Virus record (IMG/VR): IMGVR_UViG_3300046526_000409
Location: 27,967-91,966 of that record
Reading direction: 5' to 3' (one strand)
DNA length: 64,000 bases
Source: a virus
Lineage: Duplodnaviria; Caudoviricetes
This document shows positions 29,513 through 39,465 of this stretch, piece by piece. Position 1 is the first letter of the stretch. Each line of letters starts with the position of its first letter. The notes under the pieces are model-generated. The model was not told where the DNA came from. It saw only the letters and a list, made by a program, of their open reading frames with translations, and did no database searches. Position numbers and translations under genes: made by a program.

Positions 29513-30391
29513 ATGCAGAACCCTATCCGCCGCCGCCCCGAGCCGGAGGCCACGTCGGAGACCAAGAAGCCGGCGCGCGTCCCCGGCGAGCGCTTCACCG
29601 TCTACTTCGTCGTGGCAATGACCGTCATGGCCATCGTCCTGGCGTTCCTCTTCGACTTCGGCAACGTCTGGGCGCTCGCGGCCAGCCTTGGCGTCCCTGA
29701 GCACGTGCAGCCCCTGGTCGCGCCCGCGGTCAGCCTCTCCTACCTCGGCCTGATGGTCGGCCAGCAGTACCTCGGTCTGCGCGGCTGGAGCGACAAGGAA
29801 CTCCGCCGGCCGCGCGCCTGGCTCATCCTCATGGGCGTCATGACCTACGGCCTCAACTGCGCGGACGCCTTCATGCGCCGTGCGTACGGCGAGGGCCTCT
29901 TCGACGCGGTGATGCCCACCCTGCTCCTGATCTGGGGCGAGATCGGACCGTGGCTCATGCGGCAGGTGCACTTCGCCCGCACCGAGTACGCCGAAGCCCA
30001 CGTCACCCCCGAGCCGGCTGTCGAGGCAGACGGGCGTGTCGACTACCTGGAGCGTGCTGTGGAGGAGCTGCTCGGAGAGCTGATGTCCAAGGAGTACGAG
30101 GACGACCGGCCCAAGCCCCGTGGCCGGCGCCAGTCGACGCTGCGGCCGACGGCCCGCGAGTTCATCTGGAACTGGCTCAACGACGGCAAGGTCTACAGCG
30201 ACCACCCGGCTGCCGCCTGGCACAAGGCGCTGCGCGAGCAGATGGGGGAGGACGCGCCGACCGTCGAGCGCTGCCGGCAGATCATGCGGGAGGAGTTCGA
30301 CAAGATCGAGGCCCTGTGGGGCAAGGCCAAGGAGAACTCGGAGAACGTCGATGAGCACATCAAGGCGATGGAGGATGCGCTGAGCGCCTGA
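29513..30391 (+). CDS. DUF2637-like membrane protein (conjugative-element type)
   Basis: AFLFDFGNVWALA..LGVP...PLVAPAV; 4 TM helices then a soluble C-terminus. Confidence 0.65.
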   Translation: MQNPIRRRPEPEATSETKKPARVPGERFTVYFVVAMTVMAIVLAFLFDFGNVWALAASLGVPEHVQPLVAPAVSLSYLGLMVGQQYLGLRGWSDKELRRPRAWLILMGVMTYGLNCADAFMRRAYGEGLFDAVMPTLLLIWGEIGPWLMRQVHFARTEYAEAHVTPEPAVEADGRVDYLERAVEELLGELMSKEYEDDRPKPRGRRQSTLRPTAREFIWNWLNDGKVYSDHPAAAWHKALREQMGEDAPTVERCRQIMREEFDKIEALWGKAKENSENVDEHIKAMEDALSA

Positions 30392-30400
30392 CATCCCCAC

Positions 30401-30435
30401 GAGGCCCCGGTGGACGCACACGCCACCGGGGCTTC
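30401..30435 (+). terminator. Hairpin
   Basis: GAGGCCCCGGTGG...CCACCGGGGCTTC. Confidence 0.65.
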
Positions 30436-30446
30436 CTGCTGTCCAG

Positions 30447-30497
30447 CAACTAGACGCACAACTTGTTCTTCAACTTGTTCCTCAAGGGTGTTAGTCT
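30447..30497. promoter_or_regulatory. 12-bp-period operator-like array 3 with -10-like TAGTCT
   Basis: caactagacgca/caacttgttctt/caacttgttcct/caagggtgttagtct. Confidence 0.75.
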
Positions 30498-30600
30498 TTG
30501 ATCAGTCGCCAGGGCGCGCCCTCGATCTGCGGTGGTCTGTTGTTACCGCGCAGTCAGCCGCCCTGGCGACGTTGTCCCTACACGTACTTGAGGAGACGGC

Positions 30601-31098
30601 GTGGATTTCTCTGACGCCCCGGCAGAGTCGGTTCTGACCGCGAACACGCCGGAATCCGGATTCGAACGCAAGGCTGCCCAGTGGGCCGTGATCAAGCACC
30701 GCGTCGACACCCAGACGACGCTGCTGAACAAGCTGCGCGACGACATGACGGCCGACCTGCGACAGGTCGGCATCCAGGACGAGAAGGGCAGCTACATCAT
30801 CGAGCTGCCCCGCCAGCTACGGGTCGGTGACAAGCCGTTCAAGGGCATGAAGCTGGAGCGGTACACCACCCAGGGGCTGAACGAGGACGAGGCCGAGGAC
30901 ATCGCCCGTGACGTCGACAACGCCTCCGTCACCAACGGGGTCCCCGCCGTCGTCTACGAGCGGCTCTTCCCCATGGTCCGCCAGTTCGACCCCCAGGAGG
31001 CGTACGTCCTCTACCAGGAGGGGCTCCTGACGGACGACCACATGGAGCGGATCTTCCCGGAGAAGGAAGGCTTCCGGTTCAAGCGGGTGGACGCATGA
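30601..31098 (+). CDS. Hypothetical phage protein
   Basis: 165 aa, RBS GAGGAG. Confidence 0.7.
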   Translation: MDFSDAPAESVLTANTPESGFERKAAQWAVIKHRVDTQTTLLNKLRDDMTADLRQVGIQDEKGSYIIELPRQLRVGDKPFKGMKLERYTTQGLNEDEAEDIARDVDNASVTNGVPAVVYERLFPMVRQFDPQEAYVLYQEGLLTDDHMERIFPEKEGFRFKRVDA

Positions 31099-31583
31099 GG
31101 GACTGGGACAGCGAGTTCGCGAGCATCGCCGACCCGCAACCACCGACGAAGTTCTATCCCGGCTCCACTCGCCGCATCTCACGCCGGCCCGTGCACACGC
31201 AGGCCGACCTCCGCTCGGACGCGGTCGCGCATCTCGACCCGGACCGCTGGGACGCCAAGCCGCAGGTCAAGCCGTTCGCCGGCGGCTACCGCGAGTTCTT
31301 CGGCATCGGCGACCTCGCCAAGGCTCTGCGGCGGGACGCCGTGACGATCCGAAAGTGGGAGGCCGGCGGGGTCATCCCGAAGGCCACCTACGTCATCAGC
31401 GGCAAGACAGCCAATGGCAACCGCCGCCTCTACACCCGCGAGCAGATCAACGTCATGGTCCGCATCGCGGAAGAGGAAGGGCTGTTCGACGGCGACCCCC
31501 GAGGCATCCGCATCACGGACACCCGGTTCACCGCACGTGTCACGGAAGCGTTCGAGCAGCTCAGGCAGAAGGAGGCGGCGTGA
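31095..31583 (+). CDS. MerR-like HTH DNA-binding protein
   Basis: IGDLAKALRRDAVTIRKWEAGGVIP...RRLYTREQI. Confidence 0.85.
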   Translation: MRDWDSEFASIADPQPPTKFYPGSTRRISRRPVHTQADLRSDAVAHLDPDRWDAKPQVKPFAGGYREFFGIGDLAKALRRDAVTIRKWEAGGVIPKATYVISGKTANGNRRLYTREQINVMVRIAEEEGLFDGDPRGIRITDTRFTARVTEAFEQLRQKEAA

Positions 31584-31804
31584 AGCCGGTCGTGGAGTAC
31601 GAGAAGACCGTGACCGAGCGCTTCAACCTCGGCTCCTACGAGCACATCGAGGTGACCGCCCGGGTCAAGTCGACGGACCCGCGCGTCCTGGACGACGCCA
31701 TCGACGAACTGCTGGAGCGCGAGCGGCGGATGGCGGCCGACCTCACCACCGAGGACAACAGCTTCGCGCACGTCCACCCCGCCATCACCGACGACGAGGA
31801 CTGA
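31580..31804 (+). CDS. Hypothetical protein
   Basis: GTG after AAGGAGG; FNLGSYEHI motif. Confidence 0.65.
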   Translation: MKPVVEYEKTVTERFNLGSYEHIEVTARVKSTDPRVLDDAIDELLERERRMAADLTTEDNSFAHVHPAITDDED

Positions 31805-31805
31805 T

Positions 31806-32660
31806 ATGGCCCGAGCCGAACTCGACGACATCTTCGAGGAAGACGCACCCACCACCCGCGGAGCCGGCCGCAGCCGGCGAAGCTCGCTCGACGAGGACGA
31901 CGCCCCCAAGACGCGACGCGGTCGAAAGGCTCAGGGCCGCGACGCATTCGAAGAGGACGACGACACCCCGACCAAGGGCAGGGAGCGCGGCAACTCCGCC
32001 CGCAAGCAGGGAGCCTCAGCCGGCTGGGGAGCCTTCGACGAGGTCGCCGGCAGCGGCGGCCAGGACTTCGAGGCCAAGAACGAGATGCGCCTGGAGATCA
32101 CCAAGGATCCCCAGCTCATCCGCCTGCTGGAGCCCGAGCCGTTCGACTCCTACGAGTACCACTACGTCCGGGAGATCACCTCCGGCAAGCGCTCCTTCCG
32201 GGGGCTCGCGCCGAAGGACGACTGTCCGCTCTGCGACGACCTCGACCACTACGGCCGCAAGGTCGCCACCTTCAACGTCGGCGTCTGGGACGAGGACGAC
32301 AAGAAGTGGATCCACAAGGTCTGGGAGGTCGGCATCCGTGCCGCTCGCACCCTCCAGGCCATCGCCAAGGACCCCAAGAAGGTCGGGCGGGACCACGTCG
32401 GCGACCTCACCGCGCCGCAGCTCTACATCGCCGTCCACAAGACCGGCAAGGGCACCAAGACCGAGTACCACGTCGAGGCAGTCAAGGCCCGCGACGTCGA
32501 CTCCGACTGGGACGCCGACGAGCTGAACGACGCCGATCACGAGCGACTGTCCAAGTCCTGCTACTCGGAAGCCTGGGAGCGCCACTGCACCCGCGCCGAG
32601 CTGGAGGCCGCCGTGCAGAAGGTCCTCAACGGCGTGGACGACGACGAGGACGACGACTAG
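31806..32660 (+). CDS. Single-stranded DNA-binding protein (gp32-like)
   Basis: CPLC, KTGKGTKTEY, acidic tail DDDEDDD. Confidence 0.7.
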   Translation: MARAELDDIFEEDAPTTRGAGRSRRSSLDEDDAPKTRRGRKAQGRDAFEEDDDTPTKGRERGNSARKQGASAGWGAFDEVAGSGGQDFEAKNEMRLEITKDPQLIRLLEPEPFDSYEYHYVREITSGKRSFRGLAPKDDCPLCDDLDHYGRKVATFNVGVWDEDDKKWIHKVWEVGIRAARTLQAIAKDPKKVGRDHVGDLTAPQLYIAVHKTGKGTKTEYHVEAVKARDVDSDWDADELNDADHERLSKSCYSEAWERHCTRAELEAAVQKVLNGVDDDEDDD

Positions 32661-32736
32661 ACCACCTGACCGGCCGCCCCTCACCTGTCACCCTCCTCCG
32701 GGTGGGGGGCGGCCACCCCGCAGCTAAGGACCACAC

Positions 32737-33933
32737 ATGCCGATCCTCGGCCTGTGCGCGGGATTCGGCGGCCTAGAAATCGCGGTTGAGGAACTCACTG
32801 GCGAGCGCGTCGCCTACCTGGCAGAGATCGACCGCTACGCCGCCCAGATCCTTGCGCACCACCACCCCGACATCACCAACCTCGGGGACATCACCTCCTT
32901 CGACTGGGCCGAACTCATCGGCCAGGTCGACATCATCTGCGCGGGCTTCCCGTGCCAGGACATCTCCAACGCAGGCCACAGGAAGGGAATCGATGGCGAG
33001 AAGTCGGGCGTCTGGCGAAACGTCGCCGAAGCCGTTCGCGTACTTCGACCGCGGCTCGTCTTCCTGGAGAACGTCTCCGCCATCGCCCGACGAGGACTCG
33101 ACCGAGTACTCGGGGACCTGGCCGCGATCGGGTACGACGCGCGATGGATGTGCTTTCGAGCTTCCGAAGTTGGAGCAGCCCACCATCGCGACAGATGGTT
33201 CTGCGTTGCCTTCCCTTCTGCCGACGCCCCTGGCGCGGGACTGGAAGGCCGGGACGGGCAACCGTCACGGGAAGATGAGCCGGCCTCTAAGCGAGGTCGC
33301 CTTGCTCTTGCCGGCGGAACCCCTTCCGATGGCGATGCTTCCGACACCGAGGGCCAGCGACGGCCCGAAGGGCGCACCGAACCAGCGGGACAGCAGCGGA
33401 CGCTATACGCACTTGCCGGCGGCCGTGGTGCATCTCCTGCCGACCCCGATTGCCGGGGACAGCAAGAACACGGGCAACCTGAAGCAGGACGGGACGCCGT
33501 ACGGGAACCGCCCACGCCCCACGCTGACGGACGCTGTGCGCCATCTCCTGCCGACTCCCACAGCGTCCGACGGCAAGGGCGGCGCGGGACACGCCCCCGG
33601 CTCGACTGGGTCGATGAACCTCCGCACCCTCGTCACTCACCTGCCGAGTGGTGGGGGGAGTACGCGCCGGCCATCCACCGATGGGAAGCCATCACCGGAG
33701 TTCAGGCGCCGTACCCGACCGAAATTGGGCCCAGAGGCGGACGCCGCCTAACCGCGGTCTTCGCCGAGTGGCTGATGGGCATCCCCGGACGCGTCACCAG
33801 CGTCCCCGGCCTCAGCCGCTCCCAGCAACTCCACAAGATCGGCAACGGGGTCGTACCCCACCAGGCATGGGCTGCCTACCGCCTGATCCTCCTGGAGTTG
33901 TTGCTCGCAGAACGAATCCAACTCGCAGCTTGA
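32737..33933 (+). CDS. C5-cytosine DNA methyltransferase
   Basis: GLCAGFGG (I), GFPCQD (IV), ENV (VI), HHRDRWF (VIII), AEWLMG (IX), KIGNGV (X). Confidence 0.92.
   Translation: MPILGLCAGFGGLEIAVEELTGERVAYLAEIDRYAAQILAHHHPDITNLGDITSFDWAELIGQVDIICAGFPCQDISNAGHRKGIDGEKSGVWRNVAEAVRVLRPRLVFLENVSAIARRGLDRVLGDLAAIGYDARWMCFRASEVGAAHHRDRWFCVAFPSADAPGAGLEGRDGQPSREDEPASKRGRLALAGGTPSDGDASDTEGQRRPEGRTEPAGQQRTLYALAGGRGASPADPDCRGQQEHGQPEAGRDAVREPPTPHADGRCAPSPADSHSVRRQGRRGTRPRLDWVDEPPHPRHSPAEWWGEYAPAIHRWEAITGVQAPYPTEIGPRGGRRLTAVFAEWLMGIPGRVTSVPGLSRSQQLHKIGNGVVPHQAWAAYRLILLELLLAERIQLAA
32993..33751 (+). CDS. Nested alternative-frame protein (methyltransferase beta-like) with LPTP repeats
   Basis: ATG 32993 after AGGAAGG; TWPRSG..RDG..FELP; four (L/M)LPTP repeats. 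Confidence 0.6.
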   Translation: MARSRASGETSPKPFAYFDRGSSSWRTSPPSPDEDSTEYSGTWPRSGTTRDGCAFELPKLEQPTIATDGSALPSLLPTPLARDWKAGTGNRHGKMSRPLSEVALLLPAEPLPMAMLPTPRASDGPKGAPNQRDSSGRYTHLPAAVVHLLPTPIAGDSKNTGNLKQDGTPYGNRPRPTLTDAVRHLLPTPTASDGKGGAGHAPGSTGSMNLRTLVTHLPSGGGSTRRPSTDGKPSPEFRRRTRPKLGPEADAA

Positions 33934-33952
33934 TACGGAAGGACCACGAGAC

Positions 33953-35899
33953 GTGCGCGACGTCATCCTGACGATGGCAAACCTCGAAGAGGCTGTCGCG
34001 TACTTCTCGCGGTACGACGAGTTCGTCATCGACATCGAGACCGTCGGACCCCACCGAGGCGTCCCGGTCGCCAACGAAATCCTGTGGGTGGCCCTGGCCA
34101 CCTACGGGCGTGCCGTCGTCATCCCGTTGGGACACCCCAACGGCGACCGCCTGATAAGCAAGGCGACCTGGCGCAAGAACAAGAAGACCGGGGAACGGGA
34201 GACCATCCCCGCGGTGTGGAGTGCCCCGCCCAAGCAGCTCCGCCCGAGCCAGGTCTTCAAGGCACTGGAGCCCCTGCTCTTCTCCAGCCGGCGAAAGGTC
34301 GCCCACAGCGCCACCTTCGACCTCGGCAGCCTCGCGAAGTACTACGGCGGGCGGATCCCGCCCAAGCCCTACGGCTGCACCCTGGTCGGCTCCTGGCTGC
34401 TCGACGAGAACCGCCTCAACGGCCTGAAGACCCTCGTCGAGAAGCGGTACAAGCACAAGTACGACACGGAGAACGTCGGCAAGGAAGTCGAGAAGTACGG
34501 CTTCACCAAGGTCGCCCGGTACGCCTACCTCGACGCCAAGTACACCTGGCTGCTGTGGCGGGTGATGTGCGGCGACCTGGTCGAGCAGGACCTCTCCCGC
34601 ATCATGGCGCTCGAACTCAGCGTCACCGAAGTGCTCCTCGACATGCACCCCACAGGCGCGTGCATCGACGAGGATCGGCTCCTGGAGCTGGAGCACGAAC
34701 TCGTCATCAAGCTGGAGGAGATCAAAACCCGCCTCTTCCGGGCGGCCGGCAAAGTCTTCAACGTAGGTTCTCCGCCGCAGCGCCAGGACATCCTCTATCT
34801 GTCCAAGGCCCAAGGGGGCCAGGGCCTCAAGCCCATCAAGCTCACCGACGGCGGCAGGGCCAAGAAGCGCAACGGCGAGAAGATCGGCTTCCGGGACTGG
34901 AGCACCGACGCCGAGACGCTGGAGGCATACCCGGAGAACGAGGTCTGCCGGATCCTCCTGGAGTACGCCGAGGTCGACAAGCTCCTGTCGACGTACGTCT
35001 ACGGCTACCTCGGCAAAGCCGACCAGCCCCGCCGCGTCTTCAAAGGGCGCATCCACCCGATCTTCAAGCAGTACGGCGCCCGCACCGGCCGCTTCTCCTG
35101 CTCGGCCCCGAACCTTCAGAACGTCCCGAGGCCAGGCACCGAACTGGGCACCAAGGTCCGGTCGTTGTTCATCGCGCCCAAGGGCCACAAGCTCCTCATC
35201 GCCGACTGGGGACAGATCGAGCTGCGGGTGCTCGCGCACTACCTCGGCCGCGGTGCCCTGTACGAGGGCTTCCTGGCCGGCGTGGACGCCCATACCGCCA
35301 CCGCAGCCCTCGTGTTCGGGGTCTCCTGGGACGAAGTCACCAAGGAGATGCGTCAGGTCGCCAAGGGCCTCAACTTTGCGATCGTCTACGGCGCAGGCCC
35401 GGAGACCGTCGCGGCCATGGCCGGCATCAAGGTGCGCGAGGCCGAGCGCATCATGCAGATCCACGAGGAGCAGTTCCCCGAGATCTACGAGTTCAAGCGG
35501 TCGGTCGTCAACACGGTCCGCAAGCGCCAGTCACACGACCTCACCACGCTCCTCGGACGCAAGCGCCGGCTCCCGGAGATCGCCTCCGGCCTGAAGTGGC
35601 TGCGTTCCAAGGGCGAGCGCCGCGCAGTCAACAGCCTCATCCAGGGCTCCTCGGCCGACCTCATCAAGCTCGCCATGGTCCGGCTCCACAAGGCCATCAA
35701 GGAGAGCGGCCACGACGGCATCAAGCTCAGCCTCACCGTCCACGACGAACTCGTCGTCATCTGCCCGGAAGACCTGGTCGACGTCGGCTCCAAGATCCTC
35801 CAGGAGGCAATGATCGGCGAGGGAATCCAGCACCTCATCAACGTTCCACTCACCGCCGACGTGGTCGTCTGCGACCGCTGGTCCGAAGCCAAGGATTGA
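33953..35899 (+). CDS. Family A DNA polymerase with 3'-5' exonuclease
   Basis: IDIET, TGRFSCSAPNLQN, ADWGQIELRVLAH, AKGLNFAIVYG, TVHDEL. Confidence 0.96.
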   Translation: MRDVILTMANLEEAVAYFSRYDEFVIDIETVGPHRGVPVANEILWVALATYGRAVVIPLGHPNGDRLISKATWRKNKKTGERETIPAVWSAPPKQLRPSQVFKALEPLLFSSRRKVAHSATFDLGSLAKYYGGRIPPKPYGCTLVGSWLLDENRLNGLKTLVEKRYKHKYDTENVGKEVEKYGFTKVARYAYLDAKYTWLLWRVMCGDLVEQDLSRIMALELSVTEVLLDMHPTGACIDEDRLLELEHELVIKLEEIKTRLFRAAGKVFNVGSPPQRQDILYLSKAQGGQGLKPIKLTDGGRAKKRNGEKIGFRDWSTDAETLEAYPENEVCRILLEYAEVDKLLSTYVYGYLGKADQPRRVFKGRIHPIFKQYGARTGRFSCSAPNLQNVPRPGTELGTKVRSLFIAPKGHKLLIADWGQIELRVLAHYLGRGALYEGFLAGVDAHTATAALVFGVSWDEVTKEMRQVAKGLNFAIVYGAGPETVAAMAGIKVREAERIMQIHEEQFPEIYEFKRSVVNTVRKRQSHDLTTLLGRKRRLPEIASGLKWLRSKGERRAVNSLIQGSSADLIKLAMVRLHKAIKESGHDGIKLSLTVHDELVVICPEDLVDVGSKILQEAMIGEGIQHLINVPLTADVVVCDRWSEAKD

Positions 35900-35901
35900 C
35901 A

Positions 35902-36270
35902 ATGAGAACGATTCCCTTCGAAGTCCTCAAGGCCGAACTGGCTCAGGACCTCAACGCCGGCCGAGCGGAAAACGACCTGCTCGTCAAGAGCGGTCAGGTC
36001 GGACGCAGCAGTGATGTGCTCGAAATGGAGCAACGCGAATCGACGGAGCGCCTGGCGGAAGTCGAGCCGCTCTTCCCGCTTATCGCGGTGTACGGAGCGC
36101 TCATCACCGACATTCTTTTCGGAGGTATCCTGGATACCTCTGATTTGGAAGACGACCCGGCTGAGTATTCGGCATTCCGCACGGACTACCAGGCCATTCT
36201 GACCTCCTCTGTCATCGCGGTGCTTTCCAACCTCAACGACAAGGGCCTCATTCAAAGCGGAGTGGTGTAG
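35902..36270 (+). CDS. Hypothetical protein
   Basis: MRTIPFEVLK..., directly after the polymerase. Confidence 0.6.
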   Translation: MRTIPFEVLKAELAQDLNAGRAENDLLVKSGQVGRSSDVLEMEQRESTERLAEVEPLFPLIAVYGALITDILFGGILDTSDLEDDPAEYSAFRTDYQAILTSSVIAVLSNLNDKGLIQSGVV

Positions 36271-36650
36271 TGAGCAACTTCTGGAACAAGCACCTCGGCG
36301 CCCCTGCGCCTGCCTACCAGCCGCCAGCGCAGCCTTACCAGCAGCCTGCGCAGCCTTACCAGCAGCCGCCGGCGCAGTACCAGGCCCCGTTCGAGCAGCA
36401 GGCCCCACCACCCCGCCAGGCCGCACACACACGGAACTCTGAGATGTGCCCGGAGTGCGGTGGCAGCAACTATTTCGCCATTCCCACAGAACCGCGGGCC
36501 GGCAAGCGCTGCTACGAATGCGGCTACCCCAAGCTCCACTCGACCTCCGGACTCACCATCCAGTCCGAGGGCAAGGCAACCCCCGCGCGACAGACGGTGG
36601 CCAACAAACAAGGCGGCTTCTCAATGACCGTAGTCGGCCGTCTCGGATAA
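36270..36650 (+). CDS. Zn-ribbon protein with PAQPYQQ repeats
   Basis: CPECGGSNYF...CYECGY; 21-bp tandem repeats near 36305-36385. Confidence 0.7.
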   Translation: MSNFWNKHLGAPAPAYQPPAQPYQQPAQPYQQPPAQYQAPFEQQAPPPRQAAHTRNSEMCPECGGSNYFAIPTEPRAGKRCYECGYPKLHSTSGLTIQSEGKATPARQTVANKQGGFSMTVVGRLG

Positions 36651-36661
36651 CCGGAGAGCAA

Positions 36662-38611
36662 TTGAGCACCATCCTCAACCCGGACGGAACCCTCCAGGAC
36701 CCGTACCGGAACTACATAGCGCTGTCCCGATACGCCCGATACGTCGAGGCCGAATCACGCCGGGAAACGTGGGCGGAGACCGTGGACCGGTACTTCACGT
36801 TCATGACCGAGCACCTGGCCGACGAGTTCGACTACCACCCCGACAAGGACCTGCTGTACGCGATGCGCCACGCGGTCCTCCAGCACGACGTCATGCCGAG
36901 CATGCGCGCAGTGATGACGGCCGGCGAGGCACTCAACCTCTCCAATATCGCCGGCTTCAACTGCTCCTATGTCCCCTTGCAGGACCTGCGAGCCTTCTCC
37001 GAACTGCTCTTCATCCTGATGAACGGGACAGGCGTCGGCTACAGCGTCGAGGCGCAGTACGTCGACCGGCTCCCGATCGTCCCCGACCTGCTGCGCCTGG
37101 TGCCGGAGATCGTCGTGACCGTCGGCGACAGCAAGCTGGGTTGGGCGGAGGCGTTCGACGAGCTTCTGCGCCTGGTGTGGCTGGACGGCATCATTCCCAG
37201 CATCGACATGTCCGCTGTGCGGCCGGCCGGCGCCAGGCTGCGCACGTTCGGCGGCCGTGCCTCCGGCCCTGAGCCACTCCAGGACCTCTTCAGCTTCACC
37301 ATCAAGCTGCTGCACGGGGCGGCCGGCCGCCGGCTGAAGCCGATCGAGGCTCACGACCTCGCCTGCAAAATCGCCTCTGTGATCGTGGTGGGAGGGGTCC
37401 GCCGAAGCGCGATGATCTCGCTGTCCGACCTCGCCGACCAGGAGATGGCGCAGGCGAAGTCGGGGGAGTGGTGGGTCGATCACGCCTACCGGGCGCTGGC
37501 CAACAACAGCGCCGTCTACAGCGATGACATGGACCGCGAGGAGTTCGACGCCGAGTGGGCCAACCTCGTGGCGAGCGGCTCGGGCGAGCGTGGGATCTTC
37601 CACCGCGGCGCCGCTCAGCGGCAGGCGGCGAAGTACGGGCGCCGGGAATCGGACGTCGTGTACGGGACGAACCCGTGCAGTGAGATCATTCTGCGGCCGT
37701 TCTCGTTCTGCAACTTGAGCGAGGTCGTGGTTCGCGAGGACGACACCGAAGACACCCTGGCCCGCAAGGTGGAGATCGCGACGATCCTGGGGACCTGGCA
37801 GAGCACGCTCACCAACTACCCGTTCCTGCGCGAGGAGTGGAGCCGCAACGCCGAGGAAGAGCGCCTCCTGGGCGTGAGCCTCACCGGGGTCTTCGGCTCC
37901 GACCTGCTGGTCACCCAGTCAGCCGAGAAGCGCAACGAACTGCTGGACGACCTGCGGGAGCTTTCCGCCGCCGTCAACGCCGAGTACGCCGATGAGCTGG
38001 GCATCAACCACTCCCACGCCATCACCTGCGTAAAGCCGTCCGGCACTGTCAGCCAGCTCACCGGGGTCTCCTCGGGCCTGCACACCTGGCACAGCGAGTA
38101 CTACATCCGGCGTGTCCGCGCTGACAAGAAGGACCCGCTGTCTCAGCTCATGCAGAGCTACGGCGTGCCATGCGAGGACGACGTCATGTCCCCCTCGAAC
38201 AACGTCTTCTCCTTCCCGATCAAGGCGCCGACCGGCGCGATCACCCGCGACCAGATCACCGCGGTCGACCACCTCAGGCTCTGGCTCGACGTCCAGCGGC
38301 ACTGGTGCGACCACAAGCCCTCGGTGACGGTCTCGGTTCGCACCGAGGAGTGGGACGAGGTCGGGGAGTGGGTGTGGTCGCACCTGGACGAGATCTCCGG
38401 CGTGAGCTTCCTGCCGCACTCGGACCACACCTACCAGCAAGCGCCGTATGAGGAGTGCTCTCGCGAGGGGTACGAGGAGCTGCTGGCCCGTATGCCGGCG
38501 GACATCCACTGGGAGGATCTCCCCTTCTGGGAGATCGAGGACAGCACCGTCGGCAGCCAGGAACTGGCCTGCACGGCCGGCGCGTGCGAGGTCGTCGACC
38601 TCGTCGCCTGA
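36662..38611 (+). CDS. nrdJ: Class II (B12-dependent) ribonucleotide reductase
   Basis: RRETWAE, FNCS, GGVRRSA, TNPCSEI, VKPSGTVS, C-terminal ACTAGACE; no small subunit gene nearby. Confidence 0.92.
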   Translation: MSTILNPDGTLQDPYRNYIALSRYARYVEAESRRETWAETVDRYFTFMTEHLADEFDYHPDKDLLYAMRHAVLQHDVMPSMRAVMTAGEALNLSNIAGFNCSYVPLQDLRAFSELLFILMNGTGVGYSVEAQYVDRLPIVPDLLRLVPEIVVTVGDSKLGWAEAFDELLRLVWLDGIIPSIDMSAVRPAGARLRTFGGRASGPEPLQDLFSFTIKLLHGAAGRRLKPIEAHDLACKIASVIVVGGVRRSAMISLSDLADQEMAQAKSGEWWVDHAYRALANNSAVYSDDMDREEFDAEWANLVASGSGERGIFHRGAAQRQAAKYGRRESDVVYGTNPCSEIILRPFSFCNLSEVVVREDDTEDTLARKVEIATILGTWQSTLTNYPFLREEWSRNAEEERLLGVSLTGVFGSDLLVTQSAEKRNELLDDLRELSAAVNAEYADELGINHSHAITCVKPSGTVSQLTGVSSGLHTWHSEYYIRRVRADKKDPLSQLMQSYGVPCEDDVMSPSNNVFSFPIKAPTGAITRDQITAVDHLRLWLDVQRHWCDHKPSVTVSVRTEEWDEVGEWVWSHLDEISGVSFLPHSDHTYQQAPYEECSREGYEELLARMPADIHWEDLPFWEIEDSTVGSQELACTAGACEVVDLVA

Positions 38612-38630
38612 ACCGCGCGAGCAAGCGACA

Positions 38631-38657
38631 GGGGCCACACCGGGCTGGTGTGGCCCC
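38631..38657. terminator. Bidirectional terminator
   Basis: GGGGCCACACC-gggct-GGTGTGGCCCC between convergent genes. Confidence 0.8.
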
Positions 38658-38675
38658 TTCCTGCGTTCCGGGCCG

Positions 38676-39464
38676 TCAGCGGGCCCGTTGGGGCTTCGCG
38701 GGGACGTAGGGAATGAGCACCGCGCACGCGAACGAAAGTGCGCCGCACACGCCGAACGCTGCCGCTGTCTCCGTCCCCCCGAACGGGAGGATGAGATGGT
38801 GCGTGACTGCCCCGGACACGACTGCGAGCAGGCTGACCAGCGCGTAAAGGAGCCCCATGGCCCCGGCGCAGGCAGCCGACCAGAAGCCGGCTGACACGCG
38901 GATCCCCATGTCCCTGGCGCCCAGACCGAGGAAGGAGAAGCCCAGGGTGACGCCGATGCACGCCAGGATCACGTAGCCGAAGTAGATGCAGGCATAGGCG
39001 ACGGGCCGGTTGCACAGGGGGGTGTGCTGAGAGAGATCGGCGACAAGGAAGCGGAGGCTAGTCCCCGTGTAAATGCTGGCTCGCGGTGACTGTGCGAACA
39101 GAAGGATCATGGTGCCGGCCGCGCCTGCGGTGACGACGCCTATGGTCAGCAGCGACGTGGTGAAGGCGATACCCCGGAAGATCCACCACGACAGCAGCAC
39201 GAGGATCATGACGAGCAGACCGAGTACCGCCGTGCCGGATATGAACGTGGCAAGGCCCGTGACGCCCGTGGCCCTGGCGAACGGGCGGGCGATGACGGGG
39301 TCGGCGAAGGTGATGGCGATGGTCGAGAAGGCCGTGGCTGTGCAGGCGAGCCCGGCCCCGATCACGGTGGCGCGGTGGCCGGCCTTGTTGTGGAAGCGAC
39401 GGAAAAGCTCGGCGGTAGCTATCAGTCCGAGGACAAGCGACGCCGAGTAGAACACGGACTTCAA
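38676..39464 (-). CDS. Polytopic membrane protein (MAB_1171c-like)
   Basis: About 7 TM helices; TTG at 39464 after GGAG, just past the XRE stop. Confidence 0.65.
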   Translation of the reverse strand: MKSVFYSASLVLGLIATAELFRRFHNKAGHRATVIGAGLACTATAFSTIAITFADPVIARPFARATGVTGLATFISGTAVLGLLVMILVLLSWWIFRGIAFTTSLLTIGVVTAGAAGTMILLFAQSPRASIYTGTSLRFLVADLSQHTPLCNRPVAYACIYFGYVILACIGVTLGFSFLGLGARDMGIRVSAGFWSAACAGAMGLLYALVSLLAVVSGAVTHHLILPFGGTETAAAFGVCGALSFACAVLIPYVPAKPQRAR

Positions 39465-39465
39465 G

